64,000 nucleotides of DNA from Eubacteriales bacterium (GTDB taxonomy: Bacteria; Bacillota; Clostridia; Oscillospirales; RGIG577). The stretch is from positions 4,209 through 68,208 of the forward strand of contig JBMNPT010000005.1 in the NCBI GenBank assembly GCA_050943735.1, given 5' to 3'. Made by a program: the position numbers and the translations under genes. Every line of letters begins with the position of its first letter. The stretch's first letter is position 1. Below, piece by piece: positions 1-8,087 of the stretch. A model generated the notes under the pieces. The model had not been told where the DNA came from. It did not search any database and worked only from the letters and a program-made list of their open reading frames with translations.

Positions 1-389
1 CGCAGCTGTATTCCTGCATAGGTGTGGATTGCGTTGTCAATGCAGCCGTGACAGGGGACGAAGCAGCCAAGCATTTGGCTGTTGGCTGCATTGACAATTG
101 CGTCGGCTGCCAGTGTGGTGGTATCACCCTGCCAGAGATACAGGCTGGACCGTACCGGTGTCAGGTCTTCCAGTCTTACTACGCCCCGCTCGGTAACGCG
201 TTCCCCTAGATAGGCATCCTGCACATTCAAGAAATCCTCGCTGATTGGGACAGGCGGACGGACATTTATCAGGCTGCGCAGCAGCCGCTGTTTTTCTGCG
301 AAACCGGAAGGCAGCGCAATGTCCTGGTATGCGCTTCGTTCATCCAACAGATAGCGAATCATGAAATCCGCCCGTTGTTCCTGCGTCAT
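1..389 (-). CDS. macro-domain protein-ADP-ribose hydrolase (5' part; C-terminus lies outside the window)
   Basis: Manual minus-strand translation from ATG (387-389): MTQEQRADFMIRYLL...LWQGDTTTLAADAIVNAANSQMLGCFVPCHGCIDNAIHTYAGIQL. This is a typical macro-domain core. The ORF is open to position 1, so it is absent from the track. Confidence 0.8.
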   Translation of the reverse strand, partial: MTQEQRADFMIRYLLDERSAYQDIALPSGFAEKQRLLRSLINVRPPVPISEDFLNVQDAYLGERVTERGVVRLEDLTPVRSSLYLWQGDTTTLAADAIVNAANSQMLGCFVPCHGCIDNAIHTYAGIQL

Positions 390-390
390 G

Positions 391-1014
391 TCACGACCTC
401 CGTTCAATGGCCCTTACAGGGCAGATTTCAAAGCAGTTTCCGCAGTGCAGACAGTGCCCTTGGTGGATAATCACAGGTTTCTGCGCGATATCAATGCATT
501 TCTGCGGACATTTGGAATAGCACAATTTGCAGCCGATACACCTGTCGGTCACAAAGTAGCCGTTTTCTTTTATCTGTGCGCTGCCGAAGGAGAAGCTGGC
601 CCGTTCAATCGGAAGTTTGGAGAGGTCGAACCATTCGCCGGTTCCCTCGTAGATTTTGAATACCGTGAGGGCACTGCGGGAGCGTGTATTGGGATAAATC
701 TTCTCCATATAGGGATTTTTGCGGAACAGATCAGGTAGCCTGTCCGGGCCGATCTCTTTCGCTTTTCCCTGTACCGATACCGCTACGCAGGAAAGGGTGT
801 CGTTTCCCTTCATAGCGGTAAAAGCTATATTTTTGTTGGTTTTTAGACGGTCATAAAAGTTCTTGCCTTTTGCAGTCAGAAAATAAAGGCAGTTTTCATC
901 GCAGTCCATGATGTCGATGGCACAGGTGATGGGCCTCCCTTCGCTGTCCACAGTGGCAAAAGCGGCAGAATGGATTTGGTTTACGATGAAATCAAAATAT
1001 TCTCGCACATTCAT
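391..1014 (-). CDS. pyridoxamine 5'-phosphate oxidase-like (FMN-binding split barrel) protein fused to a 2x[4Fe-4S] ferredoxin domain
   Basis: 207-aa ORF. The N-terminal part is PNPOx-like. The C-terminus has CIGCKLCYSKCP and CLHCGNCFEICP ferredoxin motifs. Confidence 0.8.
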   Translation of the reverse strand: MNVREYFDFIVNQIHSAAFATVDSEGRPITCAIDIMDCDENCLYFLTAKGKNFYDRLKTNKNIAFTAMKGNDTLSCVAVSVQGKAKEIGPDRLPDLFRKNPYMEKIYPNTRSRSALTVFKIYEGTGEWFDLSKLPIERASFSFGSAQIKENGYFVTDRCIGCKLCYSKCPQKCIDIAQKPVIIHQGHCLHCGNCFEICPVRAIERRS

Positions 1015-1081
1015 CTCATATCCTCCCCATCAAATTGAAAAAGGCCCTGCAAGGCGGCAACCCAGTAGGGCCTTTCCTGTA

Positions 1082-1381
1082 TTACAGTTCGTACGCCTTG
1101 GGCGGGTTGCCGGAGAAGTCTGCGATCACCGCATGAGCGTTCTTGAGATAGAATACCTCAAAAATTGGGTTGGTGGCTTCACCGTACTGCCCCTTGACAA
1201 TGGGGTTTTGGATGCACATCTCTTTGGCGGCCATATTGTTTTCGAAAACGGCCTCACCGTTCAGACGAATCCACGCATATGTGCTTGTATAATAAGTTTG
1301 TATACTTAAAGCAATGGTGGATTGTTCGCCTACAGTCATAAAATTTTTATGTAACATCATTAAAATGACCAACAGCAACAT
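1082..1381 (-). CDS. small hypothetical protein (possibly a 3' gene fragment with a new AT-rich 5' end)
   Basis: 99-aa ORF. The first ~30 codons are AT-rich and the rest has host-like composition. No obvious RBS and no recognisable family. Confidence 0.3.
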   Translation of the reverse strand: MLLLVILMMLHKNFMTVGEQSTIALSIQTYYTSTYAWIRLNGEAVFENNMAAKEMCIQNPIVKGQYGEATNPIFEVFYLKNAHAVIADFSGNPPKAYEL

Positions 1382-1668
1382 TGTAATGGTAAACTTGTTT
1401 TTGCTATAGTAAGCTTTAATTAAGAACTTTCTGTATTATTTTATTTACTTTTGAAAAGAAACGGGAAAGTGTAATTGTGCATTTACGAGGAGAGAAGTCA
1501 ATGTACTCTTAATAAATTAAGAAAATTGTATCATACGGTTTATAAATAAAAAAGGTAAGATATGGTTCTTAGTATCGAATGGGAGTAAAAATATTCCCAG
1601 TTACAGGGGGTTCAAGGGGTTAAATCCTCTGTGGCAACCATTTTGGGCAATGTTCTTTCATATTTCGT

Positions 1669-1710
1669 AAAAAAAAGCCAACTGACCCAGCAAGTCAGTT
1701 GGCTTTTTTG
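1669..1710. terminator. orphan bidirectional intrinsic terminator in an AT-rich spacer
   Basis: GCCAACTGAC/GTCAGTTGGC 10-bp stem with a 7-nt loop, an A-run upstream and a T-run downstream. No adjacent gene ends here. Confidence 0.5.
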
Positions 1711-1842
1711 ACTTCTGTTTCACTGCAGCAGTGATTTTACCAATGTGGCTGCCGGGTGAATATGATATGGTTACGCTTGGTGCAATTTGTTGACTTGAAA
1801 GGGACACTTCCATCCAGAAGCGTGCTTTTTGTTGTGGTTGAA

Positions 1843-1899
1843 TCTATTGACAAATGGAGAATCAATAGATATACTATATACATAAAAATATTTTGATGT
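1843..1899 (+). promoter_or_regulatory. arsR promoter with operator-like palindromes
   Basis: TTGACA (1847-1852), 17-nt spacer, TATACT (1870-1875). TCTATTGA-N11-TCAATAGA (1843-1869) spans the -35 and spacer. An imperfect palindrome ACATAAAAATATTTTGATGT (1880-1899) lies downstream of the -10. Confidence 0.5.
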
Positions 1900-1910
1900 G
1901 AGGTGAGTAT

Positions 1911-2225
1911 ATGGGAACCTATCAGGAAGATGCCAAGGTGTTCAAAGCTCTTTGTGACCCCAAACGACTTGCCATTTTGGAACAGTTGCGCAGCGGTGAG
2001 AAATGTGCTTGTGTACTGCAGGAGCCCATGGATTTGACTCAGCCTGGACTATCCTATCATATGAAGATTTTATGTGATTCCGGTCTTGTGGAAAGTCGCC
2101 AGGAGGGTAAATGGACCCATTACCGCTTGAGCGAAAGCGGCAGGGAAAAAGCCATGAAACTGTTGCAGGCTCTTATTACACCAATCACAGATCAGGAGGA
2201 TCATGGTTCTTGTTGTGACAGATAA
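1911..2225 (+). CDS. arsR: ArsR/SmtB family metalloregulator
   Basis: 104 aa with a winged HTH (LAILEQL...GLSYHMKILCDSGLVESRQEGKWTHYRL) and a CAC metal-site-like motif (EKCACVL). It heads the ars operon. Confidence 0.9.
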   Translation: MGTYQEDAKVFKALCDPKRLAILEQLRSGEKCACVLQEPMDLTQPGLSYHMKILCDSGLVESRQEGKWTHYRLSESGREKAMKLLQALITPITDQEDHGSCCDR

Positions 2226-2263
2226 ACGCCATCGTTTGATGATGGCGTTTATCTTGGCATAAA

Positions 2264-2283
2264 ACATCAAAAAATTTTGATGT
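2264..2283. promoter_or_regulatory. perfect palindrome ACATCAAAAAATTTTGATGT (candidate second ArsR operator)
   Basis: 9-bp arms. It is a near-copy of the 1880-1899 element and follows a 12-bp hairpin (2222-2252) between arsR and the permease gene. Confidence 0.35.
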
Positions 2284-2307
2284 AAAAGGGAAAGAGAGGT
2301 TTTGTCT

Positions 2308-3309
2308 ATGAATGCATGGCAGTGGTTTCAAAATCAGATTTTAGGCATGAGTTGGCTTAATGAGCTGATTGGAGAAGGTCTATCTGCGTTTGGGGTGGAT
2401 ACAGGAAGTCCTGTAGGTGGCAGTGTACAGTTTTTTCTGTATGATGTGATCAAAATTACGGTTCTGTTGTGTTTCTTGATTTTTGTGATTTCCTATATTC
2501 AAAGTTATTTCCCGCCAGAAAGAAGCAAGCGCATTTTAGGGCGTTTTCATGGCGGTGTGGCCAATGTGATTTCCGCCTTGCTGGGAACGGTGACCCCTTT
2601 TTGCTCCTGTTCCTCCATTCCCCTCTTTATTGGCTTTACCAGTGCTGGTTTACCGTTGGGCGTTACTTTTTCCTTTTTAATTTCCTCGCCGATGGTGGAT
2701 TTGGGGAGTCTGGTGCTGCTCATGAGCATTTTTGGAACTAAGGTTGCGGTCATCTATGTGTTGGTGGGATTGGCAATTGCAGTGGTAGGCGGTACCATTA
2801 TTGAAAAGCTGCACATGGAAAAATATGTGGAAGAGTTTATTCTTTCCGCCAATGGAACGGATGTGGAATTGCCTTCGCTGACAAAGTATGAGCGTGTTCA
2901 GTATGCAAAAGAGCAAGTTGTGGCTACATTCAAAAAAGTATTTCCTTACATCCTCGTAGGTGTGGGGATTGGAGCAGTCATTCACAACTGGATTCCACAA
3001 AGTTGGATTGAGACGGTTTTGGGCAGTAACAATCCTTTTGGTGTAGTGCTGGCAACTTTGGTGGGCGTTCCCATGTATGCGGATATTTTCGGAACCATTC
3101 CGGTAGCAGAGGCTTTGCTTTCTAAAGGCGCACAGCTTGGCACCATTTTGGCTTTTATGATGGCTGTTACCACGTTGAGTTTGCCCTCCATGATTATGCT
3201 TCGCAAGGCCATTAAGCCGAAACTGCTGGCCCTGTTTGTGGGAATCTGCATCATTGGCATTATCATGGTTGGTTACTTATTCAATGGATTTCAATTCTTT
3301 TTGATTTAA
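2308..3309 (+). CDS. COG0701/ArsP-type permease
   Basis: Polytopic membrane protein with a TPFCSCSSIPLF motif, in ars operon context. ATG 2308 is preferred over the track start 2302 because of RBS AAGAGAGG spacing. Confidence 0.85.
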   Translation: MNAWQWFQNQILGMSWLNELIGEGLSAFGVDTGSPVGGSVQFFLYDVIKITVLLCFLIFVISYIQSYFPPERSKRILGRFHGGVANVISALLGTVTPFCSCSSIPLFIGFTSAGLPLGVTFSFLISSPMVDLGSLVLLMSIFGTKVAVIYVLVGLAIAVVGGTIIEKLHMEKYVEEFILSANGTDVELPSLTKYERVQYAKEQVVATFKKVFPYILVGVGIGAVIHNWIPQSWIETVLGSNNPFGVVLATLVGVPMYADIFGTIPVAEALLSKGAQLGTILAFMMAVTTLSLPSMIMLRKAIKPKLLALFVGICIIGIIMVGYLFNGFQFFLI

Positions 3310-3323
3310 TGATAAGGAGGTAA

Positions 3324-3677
3324 ATGGTTATGGGATTGTTTGGAAAAAAGAGAGAAGAAAAAATTTCGTCCTGCTGCGGAGAGAGAAAGTGCAATTGTGA
3401 AAGAATTACACAGGAAAACGCAGAGAAGAGGGCAGGAGATGTGAAAGTCTTAGGCTCGGGGTGCGCCAAATGCAACGCTTTGGAGGACGCTGTTCGTGAG
3501 GCACTTGCGGAATTGGGGATGGACACGATGATCGATCATGTGACTGATTTTGCTCAGATTGCTGCCTATGGTGTGATGAGCACTCCTGCATTGGTGGTGG
3601 ATGGCAAAGTGGTGTCCTACGGCAAAGTGTTGAAAAAGGATGAAGCCAAAACATTGATTCAGAAAGTCAGAGGGTGA
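3324..3677 (+). CDS. thioredoxin-fold redox-active disulfide protein (TM0996/MTH895-like) with a Cys-rich N-terminal extension
   Basis: The core KVLGSGCAKCNALE...STPALVVDGKVV has a CxxC motif. About 40 extra N-terminal residues contain SSCCGERKCNCE. Confidence 0.8.
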   Translation: MVMGLFGKKREEKISSCCGERKCNCERITQENAEKRAGDVKVLGSGCAKCNALEDAVREALAELGMDTMIDHVTDFAQIAAYGVMSTPALVVDGKVVSYGKVLKKDEAKTLIQKVRG

Positions 3678-3681
3678 GGGC

Positions 3682-4101
3682 ATGGGTCAAAAACCAAAGG
3701 TAGCCTTTATCTGCGTCCACAATTCCTGCCGCAGTCAGATTGCGGAGGCTTTGGGTAAATTGCTGGCCCATGATGCATTTGACAGTTACTCGGCAGGAAC
3801 AGAAACCAAGCCGCAGATCAATCAGGATGCAGTGCGGCTTGTGAAACAGCTTTACGGTGTGGATATGGAAGCAACGCAGCGTAGTAAATTGCTGGCCGAC
3901 ATTCCTCCGGTGGACATTGTGATCACAATGGGGTGTAATGTGGCATGTCCAGCTCTACCCTGCAAGCATCGGGAGGACTGGGGGCTGGACGATCCCACTG
4001 GGAAAAGTGATGAAATATTTTTGGATGTTATCCATACCATTGAGCAAAAAATTGTAAAATTGAAGGAACAAATCGAAAAAAATAAGCGATGCAGTCTGTA
4101 A
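3682..4101 (+). CDS. arsC: arsenate reductase, LMW-PTPase (thioredoxin-coupled) type
   Basis: 139 aa with the FICVHNSCRSQIAEA P-loop motif. Confidence 0.9.
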   Translation: MGQKPKVAFICVHNSCRSQIAEALGKLLAHDAFDSYSAGTETKPQINQDAVRLVKQLYGVDMEATQRSKLLADIPPVDIVITMGCNVACPALPCKHREDWGLDDPTGKSDEIFLDVIHTIEQKIVKLKEQIEKNKRCSL

Positions 4102-4213
4102 CAATGTAATTTTTTGTCCTCTGTGATACCATTCCAAAGAATATCGTATAAAATGGATTGACAAGCCGGTGTGCAGCGTGTAAAATCACTCTCAAAGAGG
4201 TGAATACCAAAGC

Positions 4214-4696
4214 ATGGAACGAGGTCAATTGATTCAAATCATGGCGGATAATCTCAAATTGATTCGCTCAGAATACAATATGACGCAGGATCAGATGTCC
4301 AAAGCGCTGGGAATTTCCAAGAAAACACTGGTGGAAATTGAAAAAGGCAGGATTTCACCGGGCTGGACCACTTCCTGTGCCGCTGCCTGTATCTTTGCCC
4401 AGAGCAATGTGCTGCGAAGTATTCTGTGCTGCCCTCCAGAAGAATTGGCTTCTGCTCTGGCACTGCAGGATTTGACGGTACACTATCCCAAAACCATGGG
4501 GGGCAAAATATGGTGGAGACTGATTCGGCAGGAATCCGGTTATCGTATCCAACAGAACTATTTTACGCAGCATTTTCGGCTGCTCAATTGCAATGATGAG
4601 AAGATCTGCTCTTCCTTTCATTATGGGGAAGTAGAGGAGTGTTTGCGCCAGCAGCTGCTGGCGGAAGCTGGAGGTCTATCAGGCAACCAAAAGTAA
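4214..4696 (+). CDS. XRE-family helix-turn-helix transcriptional regulator
   Basis: HTH: MTQDQMSKALGISKKTLVEIEKGR. A TTGACA-17-TAAAAT promoter lies at 4158-4186. Confidence 0.8.
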   Translation: MERGQLIQIMADNLKLIRSEYNMTQDQMSKALGISKKTLVEIEKGRISPGWTTSCAAACIFAQSNVLRSILCCPPEELASALALQDLTVHYPKTMGGKIWWRLIRQESGYRIQQNYFTQHFRLLNCNDEKICSSFHYGEVEECLRQQLLAEAGGLSGNQK

Positions 4697-4742
4697 TTTA
4701 TGAAACAAAATTTGATCTCTGCCGCCGGGTAGGGAATGCTGT

Positions 4743-4801
4743 CAGGCATTCGATGACACACCATAAGGCCATAGAAGGTGTGTTCATTCGAATGCCTTTT
4801 T
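4743..4801 (+). terminator. strong intrinsic terminator between the XRE gene and the MATE gene
   Basis: About 19-bp imperfect stem (AGGCATTCGATGACACACC / GGTGTGTTCATTCGAATGCCT) followed by T6. It ends 19 nt before the MATE start codon. Confidence 0.6.
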
Positions 4802-4819
4802 TGCGGAAAGGGGAAAGAT

Positions 4820-6160
4820 ATGTCGGTTTCATCTTCATCGCTGGCTCGTCAATATGTACGGTATGTGATGCTCAATGTATTGGGAATGTTGGGACTTTCC
4901 TGTTACATTCTGGCGGACACATACTTCATTGCCAATGGTCTGGGTTCCAATGGGCTGACCGCTTTGAACCTGGCCATTCCGGTGTATAACTGCATCAATG
5001 GACTGGGACTCATGGTGGGAATGGGTGCAGCGACCCGATATTCTATTTTACAGGCACGTCACGATCCCGCTGTGACTGACGCGGTATTTTCCAGAGCGGT
5101 GCAAATGGCCATGGGGCTTGGGATTTTGCTGCTGCTGACGGGGCTTTTGTGGGCGGAGCCGCTCAGCCTCCTATTGGGAGCGGATGAAGTGACAAAACAG
5201 GGAACCACTGAATATCTGCGCATTATTCTGCTCTTTGCACCGCTGTTTTTGATGAACAATCTGGTGATCTGTTTTGTCCGCAATGACGGAGAACCTCAGC
5301 TGGCCATGGCTGCTATGCTGGCAGGCAGCTTTTCCAATGTGCTGCTGGATTATCTGTTTATCTTTCCCTGGCAGATGGGCATGATGGGTGCCGCTTTGGC
5401 CACCGGTGTTGCCCCTTTTATCAGTCTGTGCATTCTTTCCTCCCACTGGTGGAGAGGGCGCAGCCATTTTGGATGGCGGTGGAAACTGGTGACTCTTGCG
5501 TCCGTTCGGGATACAGCTTCGCTGGGTGTTTCTTCTTTGATCAGTGAACTGTCTGCCGGTCTGGTGATTGTGCTGTTTAATCTGCTGATTCTGCGCATCA
5601 GTGGAAATATAGGCGTGGCAGCTTATGGAATCGTAGCCAATCTATCTCTGGTGGCCACCGCTTTGTTTACGGGTTTGGCCCAAGGGGTTCAACCACTGCT
5701 GAGTCAGGCCTTCGGAAGGGGAGATAGTGTGCAGCTGCAATGCGTATTCCGCTGGGCGCAATACACCGCCCTTGGTGGGGCGTTGTTGCTGTGTGCAGTG
5801 GTCATGGGGCTGGCCTGGCCGCTGCAGCAGCTCTTTAACAGCGAGGGAGATCCACAGCTGGCAGCTTTTGCGGTGGAGGGATTGAGATTATATTTTTTGG
5901 CCTTTCCTCTGGTGGGATGGAATATCGTGGGAACGGTGGGGTTCAGCTCTTCGGAACAGCCGGGCCGCGCTTTTGTCATTTCCATTCTCCGGGGATTCGT
6001 ATGCATTGTACCGGCTGCACTGGGGATGGCTCTGTGGGGAGGTATGAGGGGGATTTGGCTTTCTTTCCCAGTGGCAGAGTGTGTTACGGCTCTGGTTTGT
6101 GCCTGGTTACTGTGGAAAAATCCCTTGGGCAGGTTGGATAATCTTCAGCGAAAAGATTGA
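4820..6160 (+). CDS. MATE family efflux transporter
   Basis: About 446 aa and polytopic, with a typical MATE N-terminus (LGLSCYILADTYFIANGLG). Start chosen at MSVSSSS with RBS AAAGGGGA. Confidence 0.85.
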   Translation: MSVSSSSLARQYVRYVMLNVLGMLGLSCYILADTYFIANGLGSNGLTALNLAIPVYNCINGLGLMVGMGAATRYSILQARHDPAVTDAVFSRAVQMAMGLGILLLLTGLLWAEPLSLLLGADEVTKQGTTEYLRIILLFAPLFLMNNLVICFVRNDGEPQLAMAAMLAGSFSNVLLDYLFIFPWQMGMMGAALATGVAPFISLCILSSHWWRGRSHFGWRWKLVTLASVRDTASLGVSSLISELSAGLVIVLFNLLILRISGNIGVAAYGIVANLSLVATALFTGLAQGVQPLLSQAFGRGDSVQLQCVFRWAQYTALGGALLLCAVVMGLAWPLQQLFNSEGDPQLAAFAVEGLRLYFLAFPLVGWNIVGTVGFSSSEQPGRAFVISILRGFVCIVPAALGMALWGGMRGIWLSFPVAECVTALVCAWLLWKNPLGRLDNLQRKD

Positions 6161-6190
6161 GCAGTTTGCCTCTTTACAAACTGGGAAAAA

Positions 6191-6208
6191 ATACTAATAT
6201 ATTAGTAT
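6191..6208. promoter_or_regulatory. 18-bp perfect palindrome ATACTAATATATTAGTAT (candidate GntR operator of the uxu operon)
   Basis: Perfect dyad 37 nt upstream of the uxuA start. A GntR/FCD regulator is encoded in the operon. Confidence 0.45.
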
Positions 6209-6244
6209 ATCATACACCAAGTGGTGAAAAAGGAGACTGTGCAT

Positions 6245-7339
6245 ATGAAGATGACATTTAGATGGTATGGCGAAGGAAACGACACCATTACTCTCAAGCA
6301 GATTAAGCAAATCCCCAATTGTGTAGGTCTGATGGGCATTGGCCTGATGGACAAGTACCCCGCCGGAGAGGTTTGGCCTCTGGAGGAGCTGCGGGAATAT
6401 GTGGATCATGTTCACAAGGCGGGCCTGGAAGTGGAGGTCATTGAAAGCGTAAATGTCCACGAAGACATCAAGCTGGGCCTGCCCACTCGGGACCGTTACA
6501 TTGAAAACTACAAGGAAACCATCCGCAATCTGGCTCAGGTGGGCGTGAAGGTGGTCATTTACAACTTCATGCCTGTACTGGACTGGCTGCGTACCGACCT
6601 GGCCCGGGAAATTCCCGAGGATGGTTCTAATTCTCTGTATTACGATGAGGCTGAACTGCAGGGTATGACTCCTCTGGAAATCGTGGAGAACACCGCCAAA
6701 AATTCCAACGGTTTCAGTCTGCCTGGTTGGGAGCCCGATCGTCTGAAGGAGCTGGAACATGTACTGGAGCTGTACAAGAGCGTGGATGTGGACAAGCTGC
6801 TGGAAAACTACAAGTATTTCCTGGATGCTGTCATCCCGGTGTGCGAAGAAGTGGGCGTAAAAATGGCTTGCCATCCCGATGATCCGGCATGGCCCATCTT
6901 TGGTCTGCCCCGCACCGCTCACGATCAGGCAGGCTATGACAAGATTGTTAAGCTGCATGACAGCCCCTGCAATACCGTTTGCCTGTGCACCGGTTCGCTG
7001 GGTTCCAATCCGGACAATGATATCCCTGCCATCATCCGTCACTTTGGCGAAATGGACCGCATCGGGGCTATGCACGTGCGCAACGTGAAGCATCTGGGCT
7101 ATCGGAAGTTCCGGGAATCTTCTCACCTGTCCAGCGACGGCTCTCTGGATATGTACGCCATCATGAAGGCCATCTATGAAACCTGTCCCGATACCTACAT
7201 CCGTCCCGATCACGGCCGTATGATTTGGGATGAAGTGGGCCGTCCCGGTTATGGACTGTATGACCGCGCACTGGGCATTGCCTATCTCAACGGTCTGTGG
7301 GAAGCCATTGACAAGGAAACCAAAGCCAAAAACAAGTAA
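6245..7339 (+). CDS. uxuA: mannonate dehydratase
   Basis: [13 protein letters not shown]... is a canonical UxuA N-terminus, about 364 aa. ATG 6245 follows RBS AAAAGGAG. Confidence 0.92.
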   Translation: MKMTFRWYGEGNDTITLKQIKQIPNCVGLMGIGLMDKYPAGEVWPLEELREYVDHVHKAGLEVEVIESVNVHEDIKLGLPTRDRYIENYKETIRNLAQVGVKVVIYNFMPVLDWLRTDLAREIPEDGSNSLYYDEAELQGMTPLEIVENTAKNSNGFSLPGWEPDRLKELEHVLELYKSVDVDKLLENYKYFLDAVIPVCEEVGVKMACHPDDPAWPIFGLPRTAHDQAGYDKIVKLHDSPCNTVCLCTGSLGSNPDNDIPAIIRHFGEMDRIGAMHVRNVKHLGYRKFRESSHLSSDGSLDMYAIMKAIYETCPDTYIRPDHGRMIWDEVGRPGYGLYDRALGIAYLNGLWEAIDKETKAKNK

Positions 7340-7361
7340 AAGCTGAAAAGGGGGGACAGGC

Positions 7362-8075
7362 ATGATTCCCGTGAGCCTGACTCAACATTCGGGACGCAGC
7401 ATTGGCGACAGCATTTATGCCGCTTTGCGGGAAAATATCATTTTGCTGCAGATGCGTCCTGGCGAAAGCATCAATATCAAGGAAATTTCAGAGCAGCTGG
7501 GAGTCAGCCGCAGTCCTGTACGGGACGCGGTGATGAAACTGGCCAAAGAAGGACTGGTGGATATCATCCCCCAAAAAGGTACCAGTGTGTCCCGCATTGA
7601 TTTGCACCGGGTGGAAGAAGAACGCTTCATGCGTGAAAGCATGGAAGAAAAGGCATTAGAGCTGTTTGGTAGCCAGAAAACCTTGCTGCAGATGGAAAAA
7701 TTGCGCTACATTTTGCGCTTGCAGAAGGAAAGTCTGGACGCCCAGCAGTTTGCCCGTTTTTTGGAATTGGATGACCAGTTCCACGGTGTATTTTTTGAAG
7801 GGGCGGACCGACCCATGTGCTGGGAGATTTATCAGAGTATGTCCGGCCATTACCGCCGAATTCGTCTGATGACTTTGTGGGACAGCCGTATTGTGAGCAA
7901 TGCCATTGACCAGCACTGGGAAATGCTGCAGCTGCTGGAAGAACGCAAGCTGGATCAGCTGCCTGGCTTGCTGCGCAATCACTGCCGGAAACTGGATATA
8001 CAGGAGTTGGACCTGTTTGAAAGTTATCCGGAATACTTTCAGAAGGAAGAACTGGAAGCATACATGAAAAAATGA
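7362..8075 (+). CDS. GntR family (FadR/FCD-type) transcriptional regulator
   Basis: N-terminal winged HTH (ISEQLGVSRSPVRDAVMKLAKEGLV) plus a helical FCD-like C-terminal domain. It sits between uxuA and uxuB. Confidence 0.88.
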   Translation: MIPVSLTQHSGRSIGDSIYAALRENIILLQMRPGESINIKEISEQLGVSRSPVRDAVMKLAKEGLVDIIPQKGTSVSRIDLHRVEEERFMRESMEEKALELFGSQKTLLQMEKLRYILRLQKESLDAQQFARFLELDDQFHGVFFEGADRPMCWEIYQSMSGHYRRIRLMTLWDSRIVSNAIDQHWEMLQLLEERKLDQLPGLLRNHCRKLDIQELDLFESYPEYFQKEELEAYMKK

Positions 8076-8087
8076 GGTGGGAAAGAG

